DNA of 64,000 bases from an uncultured Alphaproteobacteria bacterium (GTDB lineage Bacteria; Pseudomonadota; Alphaproteobacteria; Rhizobiales; Xanthobacteraceae): NCBI GenBank assembly GCA_963820275.1, contig CAWFZL010000019.1, forward strand, positions 522 to 64,521, in the 5' to 3' direction. Below, piece by piece: positions 10,211 to 19,164 of the stretch. A program made the translations under genes and the position numbers. Within the stretch, counting starts at the first letter, position 1, and every line of letters starts with the position of its first letter. A model generated the notes under the pieces. The model saw nothing but the letters and a program-made list of their open reading frames with translations. It was not told the origin of the DNA and ran no database searches.

Positions 10211-10247
10211 GTTTATCGCAAGGTGTGTTTCAACGAACCGGAGTTTT

Positions 10248-11963
10248 ATGATGAACCTCTCTCCTAACAGCGCAGCTGCCCTGATCGCGCGGCTCTTGAA
10301 GCAACGCGGCGTCAAACATGTATTTGCGCTTTGCGGCGGCCACATCATGCCGATCTGGATGCGACTGGATGCGGAAGGAATCCGCATCATCGATGTCCGC
10401 GACGAGCGCGCGGCGGTCCATATGGCCCAGGCGCATTCGGAGTTGACCGGCGAGCTCGGCGTGGCGCTGGTCACCGCGGGTCCAGGCATGACGAACGCGA
10501 TCACCGGCATCGCCAACGCTCACGTTTCCCGGGCCCCGATATTGGTGTTGTCAGGCGGCAATCCGCGTCCGCAGGAAAACAGGGGTGGTCTTCAGGATAT
10601 GGATCATACGCAGCTGGTGCGATCCATCACGCGGTACGCTCGCACTGTGCGCGAGCCGTCTCTGGTGCTGCAGGAACTCGATGAAGCGATTTCGCGTGCG
10701 TTCGGCGAGGGCGGAGACCCCGGTCCTTCCTATATCGATTTTCCGACCGATACGTTGCGGGGAACGGTGCCGAAGGCGTTGCAGCTGGAGGAGCATCTCT
10801 GTGACAAGCCGCGTAGCATCACGCGCCCGGATCCGGCGCAAATTGAACGGGCCGTTGACCTGTTGTGGTCGGCTCGCCGAGTGCTTGTGATTTCTGGTCG
10901 CGGCGCCCGAGGCGCCGGGCCCGAGCTGATCTCGCTCCTCGACAGGCTCGGTGCCGTATACCTCGATACAGGCGAAAGCCGCGGCCTCGTCCCGGATAAC
11001 CACCCGTCCGTCGTGGGAGCGATGCGCGGCTCGGTCATGGGCGACGCCGATGTCGTCCTGACCGTTGGACGCCGGCTCGACTTCCAGCTCGCTTACGGTT
11101 CGCCTGCCGTCTTCCAGTCGGCGAAGTTCATTCGCATCAGTGATACTCCGACCGAAGTCCGCGATAACCGTCGCGGCGCAGTGGAGATCCTGGCTTCCCC
11201 AGCAGAGACGTTGGGCGCGATGGTCGAATTTGCAGGCAATCGGCCTTCTGGAATCGACCAGCAGTGGGCCGCGAAACTCCGCAAAGGGCATGAAGAGCGT
11301 GCGCATAAGCTCCAGCAGAACATGGCCTCCGCACCCAGGGGTTCCGACGGCAAGCTTCACCCCAACAAGGTCTTGTCGGCGCTCCAGGAAGCCATCGGCA
11401 ACGATTTCGTCATCATCACCGATGGCGGTGATTTTCTCTCCTTCGCGCGTGTCGGGCTGACCGCGCCGCGCATGCTCGACCCCGGTCCATTTGGCTGCAT
11501 TGGCATCGGTGTGCCATACGGCATTGCCGCCAGTCTCGCCTTTCCTGACAAGCCGGTGGTCGTAGCGACCGGCGATGGCGCGTTCGGCTTCAATGCGATT
11601 GAAGTCGACACCGCGGTACGACACAAGGCGCCAGTTCTGATCGTCGTGGCCAATAACGGCGCTTGGCAGATCGAGGTGCACGATCAGACCGTCACGCATG
11701 GCAAGGTCGTCGGCACAAAATTGCAGTTCGCCGATTATGCCGGGATGGCAAGGTCGTTCGGCATGCACGCCGAGCGGGTCGAAACCGAAGAGCAGCTCAA
11801 GCCTGCGATCGAGCGAGCATTGGCCAATCGTCCCGCGCTACTCGACATGGTCGTCACCCCGGAGGCGATCTCTTCGGACGGCAAGACCGGGCTTGCCTGG
11901 GTGCCCGATCTACAGCCGCTGGCGGCCTGGGATGAGGCCGAACGGAGGTGGCGGGCGTCGTGA
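10248..11963 (+). CDS. thiamine-diphosphate enzyme, oxalyl-CoA decarboxylase / 2-hydroxyacyl-CoA lyase-like
   Basis: 571 aa. It has the N-terminal Pyr domain (VALVTAGPGMTNAITGIANA), LSGGNPRPQENRGGLQDMDH (OXC/HACL-like rather than the AHAS signature) and a ThDP motif region (ATGDGAFGFNAIEVDTAVRHKAPVLIVVANNGAW). Confidence 0.8.
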   Translation: MMNLSPNSAAALIARLLKQRGVKHVFALCGGHIMPIWMRLDAEGIRIIDVRDERAAVHMAQAHSELTGELGVALVTAGPGMTNAITGIANAHVSRAPILVLSGGNPRPQENRGGLQDMDHTQLVRSITRYARTVREPSLVLQELDEAISRAFGEGGDPGPSYIDFPTDTLRGTVPKALQLEEHLCDKPRSITRPDPAQIERAVDLLWSARRVLVISGRGARGAGPELISLLDRLGAVYLDTGESRGLVPDNHPSVVGAMRGSVMGDADVVLTVGRRLDFQLAYGSPAVFQSAKFIRISDTPTEVRDNRRGAVEILASPAETLGAMVEFAGNRPSGIDQQWAAKLRKGHEERAHKLQQNMASAPRGSDGKLHPNKVLSALQEAIGNDFVIITDGGDFLSFARVGLTAPRMLDPGPFGCIGIGVPYGIAASLAFPDKPVVVATGDGAFGFNAIEVDTAVRHKAPVLIVVANNGAWQIEVHDQTVTHGKVVGTKLQFADYAGMARSFGMHAERVETEEQLKPAIERALANRPALLDMVVTPEAISSDGKTGLAWVPDLQPLAAWDEAERRWRAS

Positions 11964-12001
11964 TTCACTCTGTCTTTCCCAGAAACCTTCTGGAGATTCC
12001 T

Positions 12002-12760
12002 GTGTTCGAAATTAGCGGCAGGCACGTCCTGATCACCGGCGGCTCAAGTGGCTTCGGTGGACATTTTGCACGCTTTCTTGCCGGCAACGGCGCCCACGTC
12101 ACGCTCGCGGCGCGCCGCGCCGAAGCGCTTGCGGCCAACGTCACAGAAATAAACCGATCGGGCGGCAAGGCGCAGAGCATCGTCCTCGACGTCACGATCG
12201 CCGACGGGGTGGACGGCGCGCTGAAGGAGGCCGAAGCGAAATTTGGGCCGATCCATGTCCTCGTCAACAATGCCGGTGTCACCGCGACAAGACCGGCATT
12301 GGATCTGGAAGAGCGCGCCTGGGACAGCGTGATCGACACCAACTTGAAGGGTGTCTGGTTGGTCGCACAGGCCACTGCAAGGCGAATGATCGCACACAAT
12401 GTAAGAGGTTCGATCGTCAACATCGCATCCATCTTGGGATTGCGTGTGGCCGCCGGAGTTGCGCCCTATGCCATCTCGAAGGCGGGCGTGGTCCAGATGA
12501 CGAAAGCGCTTGCGCTCGAATGGGCACGCTACGGCATTCGCGTCAATGCCCTTGCGCCAGGCTATTTCGCCACCGAACTGAATGACGACTTCTTCGAAAG
12601 CGAAGCTGGGAAGGCGCTGATCAAGCGTGTGCCGCAGCGACGGCTTGGAGAGCTGTCCGAACTCGACGGCCCCTTGTTGTTGCTTGTTTCGAACGCAGGA
12701 TCCTTCATGACCGGAAGCGTTGTCACGGTGGACGGTGGACACTTGGTTTCGGGACTTTGA
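12002..12760 (+). CDS. short-chain dehydrogenase/reductase (SDR)
   Basis: Motifs ITGGSSGFG, NNAG and the catalytic YAISKAG. The start is placed at GTG 12002 (GGAGA 6 nt upstream). The ORF is open from 11948 and overlaps the ThDP gene's stop, so the start is uncertain. Confidence 0.85.
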   Translation: MFEISGRHVLITGGSSGFGGHFARFLAGNGAHVTLAARRAEALAANVTEINRSGGKAQSIVLDVTIADGVDGALKEAEAKFGPIHVLVNNAGVTATRPALDLEERAWDSVIDTNLKGVWLVAQATARRMIAHNVRGSIVNIASILGLRVAAGVAPYAISKAGVVQMTKALALEWARYGIRVNALAPGYFATELNDDFFESEAGKALIKRVPQRRLGELSELDGPLLLLVSNAGSFMTGSVVTVDGGHLVSGL

Positions 12761-12763
12761 GCA

Positions 12764-14260
12764 GTGAAAATGATCGTCAAATTCGTTGACGTAAACGGGG
12801 CAAAAATCGCCTATCGTGTTCAGGGCGGGGGGCCGCCGCTCGTGCTCGTGATGGGATATCGGCTCAGCTCCGCGGCATGGCCGCCAGCCCTCATCGAGCA
12901 GTTAGCGCGTCGGTTCTCGGTCATTACTCTTGACAATCGAGGCACGGGGCTTAGCGACAAACCCGTCCGAGGTTATGCGATCGCGAACATGGCACGGGAT
13001 GTTTGCGCAATCCTTGACGACGTTGGGCTGGTGCAAGTCCACATGCTCGGCTATTCGATGGGTGGCGCTATCGCCCAGGAGTTCGTCCGACAATTCCCCG
13101 ATCGTGTAGCAACCCTGATTCTGTGTGCGACAACGGCCGGCGGGTCCCGGGCGAAGTACGCGACGGCTTCGGTTATCGCCGTTATGCGCGATCTGGACGG
13201 CCTTTCGCCGGAGCAGGCAGCACGCCGCATCTGGAAGGTCACCTATTCGCCTGACTATCTTGAACGTCACCGGGACCTCGCGGAAGAGCAGATGCGGCGC
13301 GAAGTCGCGCTTCCAACGCCTTTGCATGCTGCCGACCTTCAGTTTCAGGCATTCGCGGAATTCGACGGCTCAAAAGCGCTGCCCAACCTTCGTTGCCCTA
13401 CGCTGGTTTTGACCGGTGATCTCGACGAGTTGATTCCGCCTGAAAATGCAATGATGATGGCAAAGATCATTCCGGCTGCGAAGTTGGTCATCCTTCGCGG
13501 CTGCGGTCACCGCGTTTTGTGGGAAGACACCGCCAAATGCGTCGAAGTGATCACCGCGTTCATCGGCTCGGCCGGCCGCGCAATCGTCCCGATATCCGAG
13601 AGATTCGAGGGCAATCAGATGTATGGACCGACAGCATCGGATGCGGTGGCATCCGCGATCGGATTTCTGACGACGTGGCCATTGATGCTGATGAAAGCTG
13701 GCTACGAATTGATGGCCGAAGCGAGTCAATCGCTGCTGGTGGGAAGCGCCTCGCATTTTGGAGACGGAAAGCCTATCATTCTGGTACCGCAAGTTTTTTC
13801 TACCAATCTTGCACTGCTTCCGCTCTCGATTTGGCTCAAGGCGCTCGGCTACAGGCCAGTGACAGTTGGTCCTTTGCCGGATCTCGACGCGGCGCACAGC
13901 TCGTTGTCGCGAGCGATCCAAGAGGCCACGCGGCGCGTCGGGCGCAAAGCCATTGTAATTACCTATCCCTTCGGCACATCGCGAATGCTACGGACCGTCG
14001 AGTTGCACAAGGAACATATATCCGACGTCGTCGTGATCGGCGCGGCTCTTGATTTCCAAATTGACGGTGTTCGTGCGCATTTTATCCCGGGATGGTTCGC
14101 AATGCAGCCCATCTTGGATCTGCGGCGACTGCTGCGAGGCATTGACCTCGAGTTGATTGAAATGTCCGCCTCGATCGTCGGCGAAGGCAGCTTTGTTCGC
14201 AACTGGGTCCAAGGCGCGAACGGCTCGAAGCGGGAAATGTCGGAGGGAGCAGATGACTGA
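12764..14260 (+). CDS. two-domain alpha/beta-fold hydrolase
   Basis: 498 aa. Residues 1-~270 form a canonical alpha/beta hydrolase with the nucleophile elbow GYSMGG and C-terminal GHRVLWED. Residues ~290-498 look like a second alpha/beta-like module without GxSxG. ATG 12770 is an alternative start. Confidence 0.8.
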   Translation: MKMIVKFVDVNGAKIAYRVQGGGPPLVLVMGYRLSSAAWPPALIEQLARRFSVITLDNRGTGLSDKPVRGYAIANMARDVCAILDDVGLVQVHMLGYSMGGAIAQEFVRQFPDRVATLILCATTAGGSRAKYATASVIAVMRDLDGLSPEQAARRIWKVTYSPDYLERHRDLAEEQMRREVALPTPLHAADLQFQAFAEFDGSKALPNLRCPTLVLTGDLDELIPPENAMMMAKIIPAAKLVILRGCGHRVLWEDTAKCVEVITAFIGSAGRAIVPISERFEGNQMYGPTASDAVASAIGFLTTWPLMLMKAGYELMAEASQSLLVGSASHFGDGKPIILVPQVFSTNLALLPLSIWLKALGYRPVTVGPLPDLDAAHSSLSRAIQEATRRVGRKAIVITYPFGTSRMLRTVELHKEHISDVVVIGAALDFQIDGVRAHFIPGWFAMQPILDLRRLLRGIDLELIEMSASIVGEGSFVRNWVQGANGSKREMSEGADD

Positions 14261-14627
14261 AAAGGCAATCGATCCAGTGGCGCTGTGGCAGAAAACGATT
14301 TCCGAGATCGAGAAGGGACTTAACGTCTTTGCCTATCAGGCGATGAACTCGCCGGAATTCTCCAAGATGATGAACCAGGCCGGCGGCATTACGGCAGGCG
14401 CGCAAAAGCAATTCTGCGAGCTTATGGAGCGATATCTGCTGATGACAAATCTACCGAGCCGGGCGCAAATGATTGGTATTGCCGAACGGTTGCAGACCAT
14501 CGAAAACCAGCTCAACGACGTGAAGAAATTGCTTCAGCAAGTGACGAACTCAGCCGCTGCGCAGGCACGTCCGATTAATGCTCCGCGGCCGCCGCGCACC
14601 AAGCGCCCCCCTCAGCCATCATCTTGA
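14253..14627 (+). CDS. phaE: small PhaE-like PHA synthase subunit (tentative)
   Basis: 124 aa counted from the ATG that overlaps the hydrolase stop (ATGA). The segment NLPSRAQMIGIAERLQTIENQLNDVKKLL resembles the conserved C-terminal PhaE/PhaR-type segment. The tail is Pro/Lys-rich. The gene lies directly upstream of phaC and overlaps it. Confidence 0.6.
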   Translation: MTEKAIDPVALWQKTISEIEKGLNVFAYQAMNSPEFSKMMNQAGGITAGAQKQFCELMERYLLMTNLPSRAQMIGIAERLQTIENQLNDVKKLLQQVTNSAAAQARPINAPRPPRTKRPPQPSS

Positions 14628-14635
14628 GAGCGGAT

Positions 14636-15718
14636 ATGAGCGAGACAGCTGCATTCGATCTGGAATCGATACCGGCGCGGATTCAATCCGAGATCCAGCG
14701 GGCAATCCAGCGGAGCATCAAGGGAGTCGAATATTTTGGCTCGCCCGGGCCCGCGCTCGGATTGACGCCAAAAGATGTTTTGAGTGTTCGCGGGACGATG
14801 AATCTCTATCACTATCGACCGGTTGCGGACGAAATCTATCGCGTACCCATCCTGATTGTGATGGCCACCACAAATCGCGGTTACATCCTCGACATGGTGC
14901 CCGGTCAGAGCTTGGTCGAGTTTCTTCTGAAGCGAGGCTACGACGTATTCATGCTGGATTGGACGGCGCCCAAGCCTGAAGAGAAAAGCCTCCGGATGGA
15001 AGATTATGTCCTCGACTTCATTCCGGACTGTATCCGCCACGTGCAACGGGAATCGGGCGAGAATGACGTCACGGTGGTCGGCTATTGCTTTGGTGGGGTA
15101 CTATCGTTGCTCTACGGCTCGATTTTTCACGACGGTCCCATGAAAAATCTGGTCTGTTTGACCACGCCAATCGATTTCCATGAAATGAAGCTATTCGCCA
15201 ACTTCGCGGACCGCCGCTATTTCGATGTCGATCGTCTCGTCGACAGCGTCGGAAACATGCCTCCGGAAATGATCCTGTCCTCATTCGAGATGCTTCGGCC
15301 GGCGTCGCGCGCGGCAACCCAGGTGCAGTTGTGGGAAAACATCTGGAATGACGAATATGTCAAATCGTACCGGATGTTCGACCGCTGGGCGACCGACATC
15401 CTGCCGCTGTCGGGGGAGTATTTCCGCTGCATCACCAAGGATCTGTTGTGGGACAACAAGCTCTATGAGGGCACGATGTCGGTCGGCGGTCACGCCGTCG
15501 ATCTATCTAAAATCAAGGTGCCGATCCTGCATGCTGTCGCCGAGCACGACCATATCGTTCCCTATGGCTCCGCGAGGCATCTCATCAAGATGGTCGGTTC
15601 GGATGACAAGGAGGAGGTGATGCTGAAGGGCGGTCACGTCAGCCTCGTCGCCGGCCCCAATGCCATCAAGCGGCTGTGGCCGAAACTGGACTCCTGGCTA
15701 GGGGGAAGATCGATATGA
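14636..15718 (+). CDS. phaC: class III-type poly(3-hydroxyalkanoate) synthase catalytic subunit PhaC
   Basis: ~360 aa, the size of class III/IV PhaC. It has the lipase-like box GYCFGG with a catalytic Cys, plus downstream HAVAEHDHIVPY and GGHVSL (Asp and His candidates). TTG 14624, overlapping the phaE stop, is an alternative start. Confidence 0.85.
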   Translation: MSETAAFDLESIPARIQSEIQRAIQRSIKGVEYFGSPGPALGLTPKDVLSVRGTMNLYHYRPVADEIYRVPILIVMATTNRGYILDMVPGQSLVEFLLKRGYDVFMLDWTAPKPEEKSLRMEDYVLDFIPDCIRHVQRESGENDVTVVGYCFGGVLSLLYGSIFHDGPMKNLVCLTTPIDFHEMKLFANFADRRYFDVDRLVDSVGNMPPEMILSSFEMLRPASRAATQVQLWENIWNDEYVKSYRMFDRWATDILPLSGEYFRCITKDLLWDNKLYEGTMSVGGHAVDLSKIKVPILHAVAEHDHIVPYGSARHLIKMVGSDDKEEVMLKGGHVSLVAGPNAIKRLWPKLDSWLGGRSI

Positions 15719-16311
15719 CCGAAACGCGTTCCTATCCGCGACTTCTTAAGACCGATGCCGGCGAGATTGAATTCCGCCTGATGTCGCGCGCCGACGAGGC
15801 CGAAGTTTTGGACTTTGCGCAGAGATTGCCGACCCATGATCTGTTGTTCCTGCCGCGCAACATCAGTCAGCCAAAGGTCCTGTCTGCCTGGATCAATGAG
15901 ATCGAGCGCGGCGCTATCACGAGCCTGCTCGCGGTGAAGGATGGCAAGGTCGTGGGCTGCAGCGCCTTGGTCCGCGATCCCTATTCCTGGTCACCGCATG
16001 TCGGCGAGATCCGGATGGTGGTGTCGCTCGACGTCCGCGGCCAAGGCGTCGGACGGGCGTTGTCGCAAGAGACCTTCGCGCTGGCGCTGGGCGCCGGTCT
16101 GGAAAAACTCTCGGTGCAGATGACCGTCGACCAGCAGAGCGCGATCGCTTTATTCGAGAGCCTCGGTTTCAAGGCTGAGGCGCTGCTGCGCGACCATGTG
16201 CGGGACGTGGAAGGCAGGAAGCATGACATAGTTGTCTTGGGGCACAATGTAGCGCGAGTAAAGGCTCAATTGGAGGCTTTTGGGTTGCCTGAAGCGGTAC
16301 AGCAGTCATGA
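15715..16311 (+). CDS. GNAT-family N-acetyltransferase
   Basis: 198 aa counted from the ATG overlapping the phaC stop (ATGA). The acetyl-CoA binding block is VSLDVRGQGVGRAL...LFESLGF. Confidence 0.8.
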   Translation: MTETRSYPRLLKTDAGEIEFRLMSRADEAEVLDFAQRLPTHDLLFLPRNISQPKVLSAWINEIERGAITSLLAVKDGKVVGCSALVRDPYSWSPHVGEIRMVVSLDVRGQGVGRALSQETFALALGAGLEKLSVQMTVDQQSAIALFESLGFKAEALLRDHVRDVEGRKHDIVVLGHNVARVKAQLEAFGLPEAVQQS

Positions 16312-16721
16312 TAGCCAAGCTTCTGGTCTGTCGCCCGATCCAACAGACTTAGCTTCAAACGCTCGAACAATCTTCTGCAGGGACCCTTTGTTACCTCCTG
16401 TAGATTTTTAAGGTCGAGCCACAGGAGCTGATCCTCAAGCGAGTCAAGGCCATCCAGGATCGACTTTCTGAGGAGCAGCCGCCCTCGGGCGACTTTTTTT
16501 GACAGCCGCTCCGGTGCGCCGCGTCTGTTCGTGGCACGGACATCCCAGCAACGCGCTCCAAGCAAGCCTATTGTCTCGGCCTAAAAATACGATATTTTTT
16601 GCTCCGACTTCGGAGCGAGACGGCGGGGGCGGGGTGAGGTGTGCCAAAAGTCCCATGCGCCGCATTATGCGATCTCAGAAAGCGCTTGAGTATCTAAATC
16701 GAGGAAAGAAGGGGATCTGAA

Positions 16722-17216
16722 ATGGATTCCTTTACTGTTGCTCCCGAGCTGAAGGGTACAAAGGGCGACATCGTCACTGCCAGAATCGAAGTGCCCATTC
16801 TTGCTGCAATGATTTTCGGTATAGTCGAATTCATCCGATTGGGTTGGTCCCTAGATCACTACTTTTACACTTACGCACCGGTTCTGGGCGGCGTCGCTGC
16901 CTCAGCAGGTCTTTTCACTTATTTTTTTCTTGTATCGGTGAGGCGCAAAAGGAGCTGGAAAAATCTCCTAGCTCTGCTTGGATTTCTTCCATATTTCTAT
17001 TCGCTATACATCATGGGTGTTCTCGGCCTGTATACTATATTTGAAGGCGTCGTCGGAGCGTTTTCATTTTGGTCAATGATCGGCGGGCTCTTTTGGGTTT
17101 TTGTCGGATTTCATTTGATGTATCGGTTTTATCTGATGACAGAGATTGTCAGGCGACACGATGAAACAGCGAGGCTGGCTCATTCTTGCCGTCCCCAAAA
17201 GTCCACGGGTGCGTGA
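16722..17216 (+). CDS. hypothetical membrane protein (4 predicted TM segments)
   Basis: 164 aa in a visibly AT-richer stretch. AAGAAGGGGA lies upstream. I recognise no family. Confidence 0.55.
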   Translation: MDSFTVAPELKGTKGDIVTARIEVPILAAMIFGIVEFIRLGWSLDHYFYTYAPVLGGVAASAGLFTYFFLVSVRRKRSWKNLLALLGFLPYFYSLYIMGVLGLYTIFEGVVGAFSFWSMIGGLFWVFVGFHLMYRFYLMTEIVRRHDETARLAHSCRPQKSTGA

Positions 17217-17420
17217 CGCCTATCTCAGCGGTGGATGTCGCATGAATTGTCCGCCTTCAGCGGCTCTGCCGGAATTTTGGTTCTCGTGTCGAAGCTGCGC
17301 GCGCTCGTAGTTGGATTATTCGCAACAAGCCATGATTACTAATGCTAGGAATTTGGCTCAGTTGGAAAAGTTATCTTGAGAAATCGAGGCCGGCGGAGCC
17401 GCTGACGTTCCTCTGCGCCA

Positions 17421-19034
17421 TCACGTCCCGAAGTTCTTCTGGATAGCACCGTCAAGTGTTTCGTTGCCGAGGAAGCGCTTGCGCAATTCACGCTTGAGCA
17501 GCTTACCGCTTGGATTCTTGGGCAGGCCATCCACAAAGATAACACGCTTCGGCACTTTAAAATGGGCCATCGCGCCCGCGCAGTGCTTGATGACCGTCTC
17601 CTCATCCAGGGTCTGTCCGCTTTTGACCACGACGATGGCAGTGACCGCTTCGATCCAACGCGGATCCGGCAGGCCGACGACAGCGACTTCCGACACTGCG
17701 GGCAGGCGATAGATCGTTTCCTCGACTTCGCGGCTCGCGACGTTCTCGCCGCCGGTCTTGATCATGTCCTTCACGCGGTCGACGATGGTAAGGTACCCGT
17801 CGGCATCCAGAGTCGCCAAATCCCCGCTGTGAAACCAGCCCCCGGCAAATGCGGTCGCAGTTTTGGCCAGATCGTTGAAATAGCCGGACAGTAAATGCGG
17901 CGACCGGTGGACGATCTCGCCGACCTCGCCCACCTTGACGTCCTCCATGTTGACGTCGACTACGCGGGTCTCAACATTGATCGTGGGTTTGCCGGCCGAG
18001 CCGGCCTTGCGCAATTGATCCTCCGGCCTCAGCACGGTGGCAAGCGGCGCGATCTCGGTCTGCCCGTAGAAATTCCAAAATTTGACTGCGGGTAGCCGCC
18101 GCTGCAGCTCGAACAGAACTTCCACAGGCATAATGGAAGCACCGTAGTAGCCCTTCTTTAACGTCGAAAGATCTGTCTCGTCGAAGGCAGGCGAGCGCAA
18201 CATCGCGATCCAAATTGTCGGGGGCGCGAAGAACGCAGTGATCTTGTGCGTTTCGATCTGCGCCAAAATATTGTCGGCCGTAGGCTTGCTGGTAATCACG
18301 CCGGAGGCGCCGAGATAGATTGCAGGGCCAAGGAATACGTCCAGCTGAGCACAATGATAGAGCGGTAACGCGTGTAGAACATTGTCATCAGCAGCCATCC
18401 CGCCATCGATGACACAACTGACGTACTGCCACATTACGGCTTCGTGGGTGAGGATCGCGCCCTTCGGCAGAGATTCGGTACCGCTGGTGTAGATGATCTG
18501 TGCCGGGTCGCGGCTGTCGACCGACGTCTCGAGCGCCGAGGCGTCACTATGAAGCAAATCATCGAAGGTGGTGACGCCATTCGGTGGCACTGAATAATCT
18601 TCGCCGGGCAGCCAAACGAGTTTTTCGACGGAAGAGCTCTTGGCCGTTGCGGCCTTAGCCGCCTCGACAAGATCTGGACCGACGGCAAGCACCTTTGCAC
18701 CCGAGTTCACGAGAATGAAATTGATCTCGTCCGGATTTAGCATGAAATTGATCGGCACCAGGATCGCGCCGATCTTGGCCACGGCAAAGCGCAGCGCTGC
18801 AAAGGCATGCGAATTGCGCGACAGTATCGCAACACGGTCGCCCTTTCTGAGTCCCAGGCCTAACAGTCCACGGCCGAGCCGGTTACAAATCGCGTCCATC
18901 TCGGAAAAGGTCCAAACCTGATGGCCGCAGATCACAGCCGTCTTGTTCGGATCGCGACGAGCCGACCGGCGCAACAGGTCGCCAAGAGAATGTTCGCGCG
19001 CTTTCAAGATTGTGCTCGTGACGTCGTTGGTCAT
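17421..19034 (-). CDS. AMP-dependent acyl-CoA synthetase
   Basis: 537 aa with motifs IIYTSGTESLPKGA, NFYGQTEIAP, GDLATLDADGYLTIVDRVKDMIKTGGENVASREVE and PKNPSGKLLKRELR. Confidence 0.9.
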   Translation of the reverse strand: MTNDVTSTILKAREHSLGDLLRRSARRDPNKTAVICGHQVWTFSEMDAICNRLGRGLLGLGLRKGDRVAILSRNSHAFAALRFAVAKIGAILVPINFMLNPDEINFILVNSGAKVLAVGPDLVEAAKAATAKSSSVEKLVWLPGEDYSVPPNGVTTFDDLLHSDASALETSVDSRDPAQIIYTSGTESLPKGAILTHEAVMWQYVSCVIDGGMAADDNVLHALPLYHCAQLDVFLGPAIYLGASGVITSKPTADNILAQIETHKITAFFAPPTIWIAMLRSPAFDETDLSTLKKGYYGASIMPVEVLFELQRRLPAVKFWNFYGQTEIAPLATVLRPEDQLRKAGSAGKPTINVETRVVDVNMEDVKVGEVGEIVHRSPHLLSGYFNDLAKTATAFAGGWFHSGDLATLDADGYLTIVDRVKDMIKTGGENVASREVEETIYRLPAVSEVAVVGLPDPRWIEAVTAIVVVKSGQTLDEETVIKHCAGAMAHFKVPKRVIFVDGLPKNPSGKLLKRELRKRFLGNETLDGAIQKNFGT

Positions 19035-19164
19035 TGTCCCCTCACCGAACTTCTCATTTTTCGTTCGTTATGATCCGCAGGTTTGATCCTATACGCCGCT
19101 CGCGGATGGACCAAGACTCAGGTACGCGCAGGTTCAGGCTGGCCCTTGGACACGGAGGCCTCAT

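Noticed and set aside
9235-10251. 338-aa + strand ORF overlapping the AEC permease in another frame.
   Set aside because: Its translation is Arg-rich with no hydrophobic pattern or motif. The overlapping frame 9278..10210 gives a textbook AEC-family membrane protein.
10551-11768. 405-aa minus-strand ORF opposite the ThDP enzyme gene. Similar long antisense ORFs occur at 1750..2730, 6262..6966, 36181..37119, 42425..43171, 58305..59363 and 63027..63980.
   Set aside because: All lie antisense to genes with clear family motifs. Their products are Arg/Ala/Gly/Pro-rich, low-complexity and without motifs. They are the shadow ORFs expected in high-GC DNA.
16266-16565. 99-aa minus-strand ORF overlapping the GNAT gene's 3' end.
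   Set aside because: It has no RBS and no recognisable motif, and it overlaps a well-supported gene. It is mentioned only as part of the AT-rich islet.
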